From positions 1 to 23,961 of the forward strand of contig JBLFWS010000035.1 in NCBI GenBank assembly GCA_047611865.1: DNA of 23,961 bases, read 5' to 3'. Positions 15,072-23,961 of the stretch are shown here, in pieces (the stretch's first letter is position 1; every line of letters begins with the position of its first letter). Made by a program: the position numbers and the translations under genes. The notes below the pieces were generated by a model, which was not told the DNA's origin, did no database searches, and worked only from the letters and a program-made list of their open reading frames with translations. This stretch comes from Chlamydiales bacterium (lineage in GTDB: Bacteria; Chlamydiota; Chlamydiia; Chlamydiales; JBDQID01).

Positions 15072-16577
15072 ATGGATTTTTCTTCAGTAGCAAATGTAGA
15101 TAAGCGAAAAGCTGCCGACGTTCTTGTTCTGCCCCTATGGCAGGTAAAGGACGGTGCTGAATGCGCGGTAAAGTGCGGTGCCCTAAAGTCTCATGTAACA
15201 GGACCTGTTAGTGCTGGTGACTTTAAAGGGAAGGAAGGGGAAGTTGTATTTGTTTACCCTTCTCAAAACAAAGAAAGTCGTATTGCCCTTTTGGGTTTGG
15301 GAAAAGAAAAAGATCTTTCCTCAGAAACTCTGCGCCGCTCTTTTGCAAGCTTGGTAAAGTCTTGTCAAAAGAAAGAGGACGTCACATCGTTGAATGTATT
15401 TCTTCCGGACACAAAGTATTTGTCAAAGGAAGCAGTCTCTAGAGGTGTATCAGAGGGCTTGTATTTAGCCAACTATTCCTATGACAAGTTAAAAAAGGAT
15501 TCCCTGAAGAATGGGGGGAAAACTGTTACCTTGAAAAAGGTGGCTTTTATAGGCGCAGACCGTGCTCTCATGCTAAAGATGAACAAGATAGGACTTCTTT
15601 GTGAGTCCGTTCATTTTGCCAGAGATTTGGTTAACGGGAATGCTGATGAGGTAAATCCTCAATATCTAGCTTCTCTTGCAAAAGACTTGGGGAAGAAGCT
15701 GCCTAAAGTGAAGACTACGGTTTTTGATAAAAAGCGTATTGAAAAAGAGGGCATGGGACTTCTTCTGGCTGTTAATAGAGGTTCTCGGAATGACCCAGCT
15801 TTCATTATTATGGAATACAAGGGTGCGCCAAAGTCTAAGGATTGTACGGTTTTGGTTGGTAAAGGGGTCACCTATGATACAGGTGGATTGAACCTTAAGC
15901 CAACAGGTTCTATGGAAACGATGAAGTGTGATATGGCTGGTTCAGCAGTGGCCTTTGGCACAATTTATGCGGCTGCTTCCATGGGCCTCAATGTCAATCT
16001 GACAGCAGTAGTTGCTGCTACAGAAAATTGCATCGATGCCAAAAGCTACAAGCCTGGCGATGTATACTCCAGTTATTCAGGGAAGACGATCGAAATAGGC
16101 AATACCGATGCTGAGGGTCGACTGACACTGGCAGATGCTTTGGCCTATGCGGAAAAGAATTTATCCCCTACTCGTATGATTGACTTTGCTACTCTCACAG
16201 GAGCTATCGTAATAGCTCTGGGAGAAGAGACGATCGGCATGATGAGTAATGATGAGGGACTATCCGGTGCGTTTAGCAAGGCAGGAGAGGAGACTTACGA
16301 ACGAGTTTGTCGCCTTCCTTTGTACAAAGAGTATCGAGATCAGTTGAAGTCTGATATAGCCGATATCAGTAACCTGGGTGGTCGCCCGGCAGGATCTATT
16401 ACAGCAGGACTTTTTCTTCAGGAATTTGTAGGGAAAACTCCTTGGGTACATTTTGATATAGCTGGAACGGCCTATCTGTCAAAAGCACGTCGCTACAACC
16501 CAAAGAATGGCACAGGTTCAGGTGTTCGTCTTATGGTGGAGTACTTGCAGAACTTGACTGTGAAGGGAAAGAAGTAA
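15072..16577 (+). CDS. pepA: Leucyl aminopeptidase (M17)
   Basis: LVGKGVTYDTGG, MKCDMAG, NTDAEGRL, ATLTGA and WVHFDIAG motifs. Confidence 0.98.
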   Translation: MDFSSVANVDKRKAADVLVLPLWQVKDGAECAVKCGALKSHVTGPVSAGDFKGKEGEVVFVYPSQNKESRIALLGLGKEKDLSSETLRRSFASLVKSCQKKEDVTSLNVFLPDTKYLSKEAVSRGVSEGLYLANYSYDKLKKDSLKNGGKTVTLKKVAFIGADRALMLKMNKIGLLCESVHFARDLVNGNADEVNPQYLASLAKDLGKKLPKVKTTVFDKKRIEKEGMGLLLAVNRGSRNDPAFIIMEYKGAPKSKDCTVLVGKGVTYDTGGLNLKPTGSMETMKCDMAGSAVAFGTIYAAASMGLNVNLTAVVAATENCIDAKSYKPGDVYSSYSGKTIEIGNTDAEGRLTLADALAYAEKNLSPTRMIDFATLTGAIVIALGEETIGMMSNDEGLSGAFSKAGEETYERVCRLPLYKEYRDQLKSDIADISNLGGRPAGSITAGLFLQEFVGKTPWVHFDIAGTAYLSKARRYNPKNGTGSGVRLMVEYLQNLTVKGKK

Positions 16578-16582
16578 ACAAA

Positions 16583-16604
16583 GAAGCCTCCATAGGGAGG
16601 CTTC
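16583..16604. terminator. Hairpin between convergent pepA and small gene (probable bidirectional terminator)
   Basis: GAAGCCTCC-ATAG-GGAGGCTTC. Confidence 0.75.
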
Positions 16605-16647
16605 GTTAAATTTTTGGGTCGTAAAACCCTTTGCACATTTGCGTATC

Positions 16648-16884
16648 CTAAGATTCTGATTGGCTTTTTGTTTTGTTCACTTGTTGTTGTAAAAGCTTTC
16701 TTATCTTAGGATCCCGGGAATATTCGGGATGGGACGACTTTTCCTTAGAAAGGTAGATGTCTCTTATCTCGCTGATATCAGCGTCTTGTTTTTTCTTTTT
16801 CTCTTTTTTATCCTTATCCCCGAAGTCATACTTAGGGCGGCTTTGCCCTCCGTTGCTTGAAAGACTGTTTATTTGATCATTCAT
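16648..16884 (-). CDS. Small charged hypothetical protein (78 aa)
   Basis: Strong RBS GGAGG 7 nt before the ATG, a sigma28-type promoter upstream and a hairpin downstream. Confidence 0.75.
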   Translation of the reverse strand: MNDQINSLSSNGGQSRPKYDFGDKDKKEKKKKQDADISEIRDIYLSKEKSSHPEYSRDPKIRKLLQQQVNKTKSQSES

Positions 16885-16907
16885 AACGGCACCTCCGGTT
16901 GTAACTT

Positions 16908-16934
16908 ATATCGGAACTTTCGGTGGAGGACTTA
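16908..16934 (-). promoter_or_regulatory. sigma28 (FliA)-type promoter
   Basis: Minus strand TAAG-N15-TCCGATAT, compared with consensus TAAA-N15-GCCGATAA. Confidence 0.65.
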
Positions 16935-17103
16935 ATTAGAAAATGTATAAGAGGAAAAAGATTACCCAAGAAGCTATCATCTGGTATGACACGAGGTTGG
17001 TATAAATATAAATTATTAGAAATTGCCTATAGTTAAGAATAAGAAGTAGTTGTACCGAAACTATGTTCAAGGCTTGCGCCTTAGTTCGTATACAGGGGGA
17101 AAA

Positions 17104-18486
17104 ATGCCTATTAGCATATTTGACTTATTTTCTGTGGGAATAGGGCCTTCAAGTTCTCATACGGTTGGACCTATGCGAGCAGCTGCGCGCTTTGTTTCTT
17201 CTTTGCAAGAGGAAGGAAGCATGCTGGATGTGGAAAGGGTTCAAGTAGAACTTTACGGCTCCTTGGCTCTGACAGGAAAAGGTCATGGAACAGATAAGGC
17301 TATACTGCTGGGTTTAGAAGGTGAGTTACCCGAAGCAGTAGATACTCAAGCTGTGGATAAGAGACTAGAGAAAATTAGAATGAAGGAAAGCCTGTTCCTG
17401 AATGCTAGCAAAGCGATCCGTTTCATTGAAGAAGTGGATGTGATACTTCGTAAAAAGGAGCTGATGCCTTTACATTCTAATGGTATGCGGTTTACAGCCT
17501 TCAAAGAAAGTGGTGAACTCGTACTTTCCAAAGAATACTATTCTATAGGCGGTGGCTTTGTACTGGATGGAGAAGGCAAGAGTAAAGGAAAGGAAAAGGC
17601 AGGAAATTCTTTCCCTCCATTTCCTTTTTCTAACTGTAAACAACTCCTAGCAATTTGCCAGGAAAACGAACTGTCCATCAGTGAAGTGATGCTAGAGAAT
17701 GAAAAAAAATGGCGTACGGAGAAAGAAATTAGAGAAGGCTTGATGGCCATATGGCAGGTAATGAAAACTTGCACGGAAAGGGGGTGCCAGAGCGATGAGA
17801 CCTACCTTCCGGGAGGTCTAAATGTGAGGCGCAGGGCTCCTGCACTCTACAAAATACTGAATTCGGAGAGTCAAAAAGTGGAAGAAGATCCTTCGTTGTT
17901 AATGGATTGGATCAGCCTCTACGCTCTGGCTGTTAATGAAGAAAATGCTGCTGGTGGCAAAGTCGTCACAGCTCCAACAAATGGCGCTGCGGGAATTATC
18001 CCTGCTGTCCTCCAATACTATGAACGTTTTATCTCTGGTGCCAATGATGAGGGGATTGTAACTTTTCTTTTGGTTGCGGGAGCTATAGGGATTCTCTACA
18101 AAAAAGGAGCTTCCATCTCTGCTGCAGAGGTGGGGTGTCAAGGTGAAGTGGGTGTCGCCTGCTCTATGGCTGCAGGTGGCCTTGCTGCAGTCTTGGGTGG
18201 AAGCACAAGCCAAATTGAAAATGCGGCAGAAATTGGAATGGAGCACAACTTGGGCCTAACTTGTGACCCCATCGGAGGGCTTGTGCAAATACCTTGTATT
18301 GAGAGGAATACAATGGGATCAATAAAAGCGGTAAACGCTGCACGGCTTGCGATTAGGGGGGATGGTTTGCATAAGGTAAGTCTCGATGATGTCATCAAAA
18401 CGATGATGCAAACGGGTATGGATATGCAGACGATCTATAAAGAGACCTCCGAAGGGGGATTAGCAGTGAACGTAATTGAATGTTAA
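17104..18486 (+). CDS. sdaA: L-serine ammonia-lyase, Fe-S dependent, single chain
   Basis: [55 protein letters not shown] and [22 protein letters not shown]. Start moved to ATG 17104 (RBS GGGGGA, family N-terminus). Confidence 0.97.
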   Translation: MPISIFDLFSVGIGPSSSHTVGPMRAAARFVSSLQEEGSMLDVERVQVELYGSLALTGKGHGTDKAILLGLEGELPEAVDTQAVDKRLEKIRMKESLFLNASKAIRFIEEVDVILRKKELMPLHSNGMRFTAFKESGELVLSKEYYSIGGGFVLDGEGKSKGKEKAGNSFPPFPFSNCKQLLAICQENELSISEVMLENEKKWRTEKEIREGLMAIWQVMKTCTERGCQSDETYLPGGLNVRRRAPALYKILNSESQKVEEDPSLLMDWISLYALAVNEENAAGGKVVTAPTNGAAGIIPAVLQYYERFISGANDEGIVTFLLVAGAIGILYKKGASISAAEVGCQGEVGVACSMAAGGLAAVLGGSTSQIENAAEIGMEHNLGLTCDPIGGLVQIPCIERNTMGSIKAVNAARLAIRGDGLHKVSLDDVIKTMMQTGMDMQTIYKETSEGGLAVNVIEC

Positions 18487-18500
18487 TTATCAGGTGACTA

Positions 18501-19298
18501 ATGAAAGACAAGTTTGAAACTCGAGAGGCAGTAACTTTTGAGTGTGGTGGCCAAAAAATCTTTGGAGTCATACACAGACCCCTGCTAGAAGGCAAAGCTC
18601 CCGTTGTACTTTGTTGTCATGGCTTTGGCGGAACAAAAGTCGGTAGAAATCGCCTGTGGGTTATGTTGGCAGAGGCTCTTTCGAAAGTGGGAGTCATGAC
18701 TTTGCGATTTGATTTTAGGGGCTGTGGAGACAGCGAAGGCGTCTTTAGTGAAATGACAATGGAGAGTTGTATACAAGATGCACAGGCCGCAATTCATTAT
18801 TTGGAAAATGATGAGCAAGTAGATAGCGAAAGGATGGGAATAGTGGGCACTTCTCTTGGAGGAGCAATAGCTGTTTTGACTGCCGTGAGGTCAGCTAAGT
18901 TTTCCTGCATGGCTTTGTGGGCTGCAGTTGCCAATGCAGGTCAGTGGAAGGGGGAATGGGAAGAATTTAAAACTTTGCAAGAACATTACCAGCCTAATCC
19001 TTATCTTCAAGGTGATGAACGGGGTGCGAGTAAGGAATTCATTAAGCAATTTGCTGAGATGCGACCGGATAAAGAACTGGAAAAACTGGGAAATATGCCT
19101 TTACTGCACATACACGGTAGTAAAGATGAAGTCGTTCACGAATCTCACCACGCTGAGAGTTATAAAAAGAGCAGAGAGGGGGAGGTAGCTGAATCGGTAT
19201 TTCTTTCTTTGCCCAATGGCGATCATTGGTTCACTCATGAACAAGATAGGCCAATTCTTTTGCAAGAAACAGCCAAATGGTTTAAAAATACCTTGTGA
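18501..19298 (+). CDS. Alpha/beta hydrolase (CT206-like)
   Basis: CHGFGG, RFDFRGCGDSEG, nucleophile GTSLGG, IHGSKDEVV and GDHWF; adjacent to PFK as in Chlamydia. Confidence 0.92.
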   Translation: MKDKFETREAVTFECGGQKIFGVIHRPLLEGKAPVVLCCHGFGGTKVGRNRLWVMLAEALSKVGVMTLRFDFRGCGDSEGVFSEMTMESCIQDAQAAIHYLENDEQVDSERMGIVGTSLGGAIAVLTAVRSAKFSCMALWAAVANAGQWKGEWEEFKTLQEHYQPNPYLQGDERGASKEFIKQFAEMRPDKELEKLGNMPLLHIHGSKDEVVHESHHAESYKKSREGEVAESVFLSLPNGDHWFTHEQDRPILLQETAKWFKNTL

Positions 19299-19480
19299 AT
19301 CCGTTACTCGTACACCAAATCATTTAGGTCGTGTATTAAAATTAGGTAATGTCTGATTTTGAGAGTATTTTGTTTTGCAAGGCGGAAAAAATTCGGTGAA
19401 GATGCCGACAATCTAAATGATTTGGTGTACTAGTGGAGTTCATCTTGGAAAATACAGAAAGCAATATGGGAGAATCATTC

Positions 19481-21148
19481 ATGCCGACATTACTAAGTCC
19501 TTTGCAAAAAGCAAGGACAAATTTTCAACTTGCCCTACCTCGACATCTCGAAAATATAGGAACTCTACAGGTCGAAAAAGGGAAACATACGGAGTCTGAG
19601 GGAAACTCTGAAAAGCTAAAGGAATTGTTTCCTCATACCTATGGTCAGCCTGTTGTTAGCTTTTCTGAGGGAAATAAGGGAACTCATGCGGTGCAAAGAG
19701 TTGGTGTAGTCTTATCAGGAGGGCAGGCACCAGGAGGGCACAATGTGATTGCAGGTCTTTTTGATTCCCTCAAACAGTTAAATTCTAAAAGTACCCTCTT
19801 TGGATTTCTCGCAGGACCAAATGGAATTGTGGTAAATGACTATGTGGAAATCACCGAAGAGCTCTTATCTTCTTATCGCAATCAGGGCGGCTTTGATATA
19901 ATTGGTTCCGGCAGGGATAAAATAGATACTGAAGAACAGCTCGCTAATGCGGAAAAAAATTGTAAAGCACTAGAGCTTGATGGACTTGTGATCATCGGGG
20001 GTGATGACTCTAACACCAACGCAGCAATGCTGGCTGAATATTTTAGTAAAGCCAATTGCAAGACCCGGGTAATTGGAGTTCCAAAGACTATTGATGGTGA
20101 TCTTAAAAATGAGCAGGTTGAGACTTCTTTTGGATTCGACACTGCATGCAAGGTGTATTCAGAGCTTATTGGGAATCTTCTCAGAGACTGCCTATCCTCC
20201 AAAAAATATTATCACTTCGTTAAGTTGATGGGGCGTTCAGCATCGCATATTACGCTAGAATGCTCTTTGCAGACTCATCCTAATATCGCTATTATCAGTG
20301 AGGAAGTAGCATCGGACAAGAAAACGTTGGCTGAAATCACGAATGAGATAGCAGACGTCATTTGCCTGCGAGCAGAGCAAGGTAAGGGTTATGGTGTCGT
20401 TCTTGTACCAGAAGGTCTAGTGGAATTTGTTCCGGAGATTAAATCTCTCATCGGAGCTCTCAACGATATTCTTTCCCCAGAGAAACCTTTGAATGACCTC
20501 GTGAAGTCTATGACGACTCATAAGGAGAGAATGGTACTCGTGTGTGGAAACTTGAAGCCCGAGCTAGCCGCGTGTTTTAATTCTTTCCCCCGCTCTATAC
20601 AGGATCAACTTCTTGAAGATAGAGATCCACATGGCAATGTTCAGGTCTCCCGTATTGAGACAGAACAGCTTTTGATTATGACTGTAGCTAGTGAACTAGA
20701 GAGTCGGAAGACTTGTGGGAAATATAAAGGGACATTTTCTACTCAGCATCATTTTTTAGGTTATGAAGCACGGTCTTCTATGCCCTCAAATTTTGACTGC
20801 CACTACTGCTACGCCTTAGGTTTTACAGCCACCTTGTTAATAGAGTCAGGTCTGTCAGGTTATATGGCTGTAGTAAAAAAGCTTATTAAGCCAGTTAGTG
20901 ACTGGGAAGTCGGAGGGGTGCCTCTAACATCAATGATGAATGTAGAGGTTCGTCAGGGCAAAGCAAAGCCTGTAATTCAAAAGGCTCTGGTAGACCTTAC
21001 TAGCAACGCTTTTCAAACTTTTAAAAAGGTAAGAGAAAAGTGGAGTACAGAAGACCTCTATCGCTACCCCGGCCCCATCCAGTTCTATGGGCAGGAAGAC
21101 GTAACAAACGGCACAAGCATGACTCTGCAATACGAGCACAGTTCTTAA
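19481..21148 (+). CDS. pfp: Pyrophosphate-dependent phosphofructokinase
   Basis: SGGQAPGGHNVI, GGDDSNTNA (PPi-type Asp), PKTIDGD, MGRSASH and RDPHGN. Start at ATG 19481 after GGAGA. Confidence 0.96.
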   Translation: MPTLLSPLQKARTNFQLALPRHLENIGTLQVEKGKHTESEGNSEKLKELFPHTYGQPVVSFSEGNKGTHAVQRVGVVLSGGQAPGGHNVIAGLFDSLKQLNSKSTLFGFLAGPNGIVVNDYVEITEELLSSYRNQGGFDIIGSGRDKIDTEEQLANAEKNCKALELDGLVIIGGDDSNTNAAMLAEYFSKANCKTRVIGVPKTIDGDLKNEQVETSFGFDTACKVYSELIGNLLRDCLSSKKYYHFVKLMGRSASHITLECSLQTHPNIAIISEEVASDKKTLAEITNEIADVICLRAEQGKGYGVVLVPEGLVEFVPEIKSLIGALNDILSPEKPLNDLVKSMTTHKERMVLVCGNLKPELAACFNSFPRSIQDQLLEDRDPHGNVQVSRIETEQLLIMTVASELESRKTCGKYKGTFSTQHHFLGYEARSSMPSNFDCHYCYALGFTATLLIESGLSGYMAVVKKLIKPVSDWEVGGVPLTSMMNVEVRQGKAKPVIQKALVDLTSNAFQTFKKVREKWSTEDLYRYPGPIQFYGQEDVTNGTSMTLQYEHSS

Positions 21149-21159
21149 GTCTTTAAATA

Positions 21160-21218
21160 TGAGACAGTTCGCCAATTGTGTTTGAGGATGTTATGCGAAA
21201 ATTCTGTCTAAATTGTAG
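21160..21218 (+). repeat. Short relic of the IS1-like left part (diverged direct repeat of 23002..23059)
   Basis: TGAGACAGTT...TATGCGAAAATTCTGTCTAAATTGTAG, compared with TGAGACAGTT...TATGCGACATTTCTGTCCAAATTGTAG. Confidence 0.7.
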
Positions 21219-21219
21219 C

Positions 21220-21261
21220 AAAAACCCTTTGTGGAAATCAGAATTGTCCCAAAGGGTTTTT
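21220..21261. terminator. Bidirectional hairpin between convergent genes
   Basis: AAAAACCCTTTG...CAAAGGGTTTTT. Confidence 0.65.
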
Positions 21262-21370
21262 GAAAAATCTGCTTAAAAAAGGAGAATAATCGTAGTAAAA
21301 CCGAGGATATTATTAAAATCCCTCAGACAGGAGAAACAACTCTTAAATCGAAGTATCAATTATAGTACCG

Positions 21371-22956
21371 TTATTTTGTATGAACAGCCATGTATGGATT
21401 TCCAAGCAGGCGTTTTACGAAATGGCCTTTTACTACTTCATTCGCTTGAACATCCCTGTGAATAAGTCCACGTGTTTGTTTGTTCTGCAGCTCTTGTGCG
21501 GACTTACTTAAACCCCTATTTTTGGAAAATGGCAAGTTTGGAGCTCTAAATCTCATTCCGTCAACATTATCTCTAGAATCGGCAATATTGTCATATTGCG
21601 CTATCTTCTGTCTCAGTTGATATTCGGCACTTTCAGGGGCGACATCACTGTTTGCTAAAAAGGCTTCTAATACACCGTTCAATTCTTCAAATTTAGCCTC
21701 TCCACGCATAGCAGCCTTATTCATATCCAAACTCTCACGACTTGCCACTATTTGCCCTCGAATATCTTTAAGTTGTTCGTTAAGAGGTCTATCGTCAGTA
21801 GGTAATTACTCGCGAGACATCATCTTAAACCTGCCCATCCCCCGGAAATTCATAGCTCTAAACCTGCTCTTTTGAGAGGCTGGTTTTGTTAATCTTTTTT
21901 CACGAGTTTCCAGTTTTTTTATTTCGGTAGCCAAGCTAGATATTCCTTTTCTTTCATTTTGAAGTTCACTGAGGTTTTCTTCTATTTTATCAAGGCGCTC
22001 AGTACATTTTTTTACAAAAGGATGATTTTCATCATTTCCTGAGAGCATGCTCTTAAATCTAATGTCTAATATTTTTGCTTTATCTGCCTTTAGTTTTCTT
22101 TCTCTCACACCAAATACTTTTCCGAAGTGTTGAACGCCTTGTTTGGTAACAAGAGTATTTACTCCTCCTGCTATCAGGTAAACAGCTCCAGGGCCTTGCC
22201 CCCCTGGTACAGCCATTAAAACAGCCCCTGTAATGGTAAGGGCTCCTGAAACAGTCACCACTCCGTGAGATTTCCTGTGCAAGCGAAGATCGTCACTATC
22301 TTTTCCCATTGAAGAGATAAGCATATCACAAAGCTTGGCTCCCGCTGAGTCTCCTTTCCCCTCCGCCTCAAATCTACGTCGGTTTTTTTCAGGAGCGCTC
22401 TTCTCTGCTCGTGCACTCAAAGGTTGACTGTCAAACATACCTGAGCGACTAGTAGGGCTAAGATCCGCCTTAGATTTTGAAACGCCTCTTTTAAAAGGAC
22501 TTCTTATTCTGGGAGATGTCTGGTTTTTTGGACTTAAGAGGCCAGCCTCTGTTTCTAACCCTTCCCGTTCCCTTTGACTTAACAATACGGTATCCGATGG
22601 CGGCGACCTCTTTCTGGAAGTTTATCTTGGAAAGAACCATGAATTGGTAATGAGTGCTTCTGGCCTAGCAAATTTGAGCTTCCCAGGTGAGAGCCAGCAG
22701 AAAATCTTCTTACTTTCTTTTTAAATAAATCGGTGATTCTGGATCCTGAAGCAGTCTGTGACGAGGGAGAAGAGTCACCAGGCAACAAACCACCTTTCAC
22801 TCTGGAAAAGCTCCTTTCGATTAAACTAGTCGAGTCTGCTCTGGTAGAGGCATCACTGTCTTCACCACCATCTTCTCCAATTGTAGCAAAGGGGGTTATC
22901 TTAAAAGTATTTTTACTAAGTTTGTTTTTTGTGCCTTCTGCAAAAGGATCAGCCCT
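21371..22956 (-). pseudogene. Fragmented Inc-like/effector gene (Ser-rich region, hydrophobic hairpin, coiled coil)
   Basis: ORFs 21806..22585 and 21371..21748 are in frame across one TAA (21806..21808). A frameshift near 22586..22621 links them to a frame open to 22956 with no start. Hydrophobic segment GVVTVSGALTITGAVLMAVPGGQGPGAVYLIAGGVNTLV. Confidence 0.7.
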
Positions 22957-23033
22957 TTAGACGAATATGATAATTGAAATTAAGCGTTAAACTTTTAATT
23001 GTGAGACAGTTAATTGAATTTATTTTGGGGGGT

Positions 23034-23266
23034 ATGCGACATTTCTGTCCAAATTGTAGTTCAAAGGACTTTCTGAAAAACGGAAGTGCTCTTCATGGGG
23101 GGGGGGGAATCCATCTTTGCAAAGATTGTGGAAGCTAATTCGTTCTAGCTCCACAAAGCAAGCGTATCCTATCGTTAACTTGCGATTCTATTAACAAGCT
23201 ATTCTTAGAAAGACTATCTATTGAGGCAATTTTCGTGTAACTGGAGTTAGTATGAGCTGGCCTCAG
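23034..23266 (+). pseudogene. IS1-family transposase N-terminal (InsA zinc ribbon + HTH) relic
   Basis: MRHFCPNCSSKDFLKNGS / HLCKDCGS*FVLAPQSKRI...INKLFLERLSIEAI / RVTGVSMSW across frameshifts (G11 run at 23097..23107) and a stop. Confidence 0.82.
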
Positions 23267-23312
23267 GTAACTGAAGGGGCTGAAAAATCTTCAGATCCGT
23301 CAGTAAAGTAAA

Positions 23313-23735
23313 TTAGAAATTTGCAGAAGCACGAAGCATTAGAAGGCCGGTACGATAAAGATTTATTTTTTGAAAAAGGTCAGGATTGTCTATGAAATGT
23401 ATATCTGACAGAGAGTTCATCTCCACTTCGCCTGCTGTCGGAAGTCTAATATCCTCACCAGAGTCTGCTTTACTTTGCCCCATGAACATAAATAAAATGC
23501 CATTAAAACCACAGTGAAGTCGTCGATATGTGATAAAATCTTCATATTCCTGATAGGTATATGGTCGCGCCAGGTATGTCTTGAGTAGATTTTCTACTTC
23601 CCCAACCTCCATTTTCAAATCGTTTGCGAATTGGGCGAAGTCTAAAAATGGGTGGGCCAAAGCGGTGAACTCCCAATCGATCACTTTCATTAAAAAAATC
23701 CATAGGGAATATTGTTAGAAAATAATCTAAGTTGT
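23313..23735 (-). pseudogene. 5'-truncated choline/ethanolamine kinase or APH-like phosphotransferase
   Basis: VIDWEF...HPFLDFA motif; a degenerate, frameshifted catalytic-loop remnant (..LD/LFSNNI) lies just upstream and there is no N-lobe. Confidence 0.72.
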
Positions 23736-23765
23736 GTTACCAATTTCACTACACTCCTAAAGCTC

Positions 23766-23894
23766 GTAGGGCGCCTGAAAGGTGCAAGAGGCTTCAGTCG
23801 CCCTGCTGGGCTCTGATTCACTACCACGTTACCACGGGTTCCTTCGCTGCGCTCAAGTCACCCGAGGCTTTGATCGGGTCGTCCTGCCGGACTC
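23766..23894. repeat. GC-rich REP-like structured repeat
   Basis: Direct repeats GTCGCCCTGCTGGGCTC (23797..23813) and GTCGTCCTGCCGGACTC (23878..23894) flank the hairpin CCACGGGT...ACCCGAGG. GTAG plus a GCGCCT-GAA-AGGTGC hairpin is at the start. Confidence 0.55.
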
Positions 23895-23961
23895 ATGAAG
23901 GCTTTGCCTATTCCACAAAACTCTAAAAAAATGGGACAAGTATTAACCGGAAACTTAGAGA

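Noticed and set aside
17050..17103. Longer N-termini for sdaA (17050) and pfp (19433)
   Set aside because: Downstream ATGs have RBSs and fit the expected N-termini better.
23732..23926. 64-aa ORF
   Set aside because: It runs through the REP-like repeat and has no RBS or recognisable motifs.

Overview
Chromosomal window from an environmental (non-Chlamydiaceae) member of the phylum Chlamydiae. The evidence is an Slc1/CT043-type T3SS chaperone, the ssb-pepA pair, and a CT206-like hydrolase next to a PPi-dependent PFK. The slc1-ssb-pepA order known from Chlamydia is split by about 8.3 kb of accessory DNA. This DNA holds (i) a divergent orphan flagellin with a phage-type beta-rich insert, coupled to a secreted TPR+Cache protein, (ii) a ParB/Srx-fold toxin-like effector, (iii) a U-box-like/Sel1/wHTH/HD protein, and (iv) a stand-alone QueC-like PP-loop enzyme on a segment bounded by a duplicated ssb leader and 5' end. 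The window also contains two large fragmented effector-like genes whose lesions can be located, an IS630 3' end and IS1 relics. A ~600-bp non-autonomous element with internal REP-like palindromes is present twice in inverted orientation. Smaller features are a 36-bp palindromic mini-repeat, a candidate sRNA with anti-Shine-Dalgarno motifs, and a small gene with a good sigma28 promoter match. All calls were made by eye; no searches were run.
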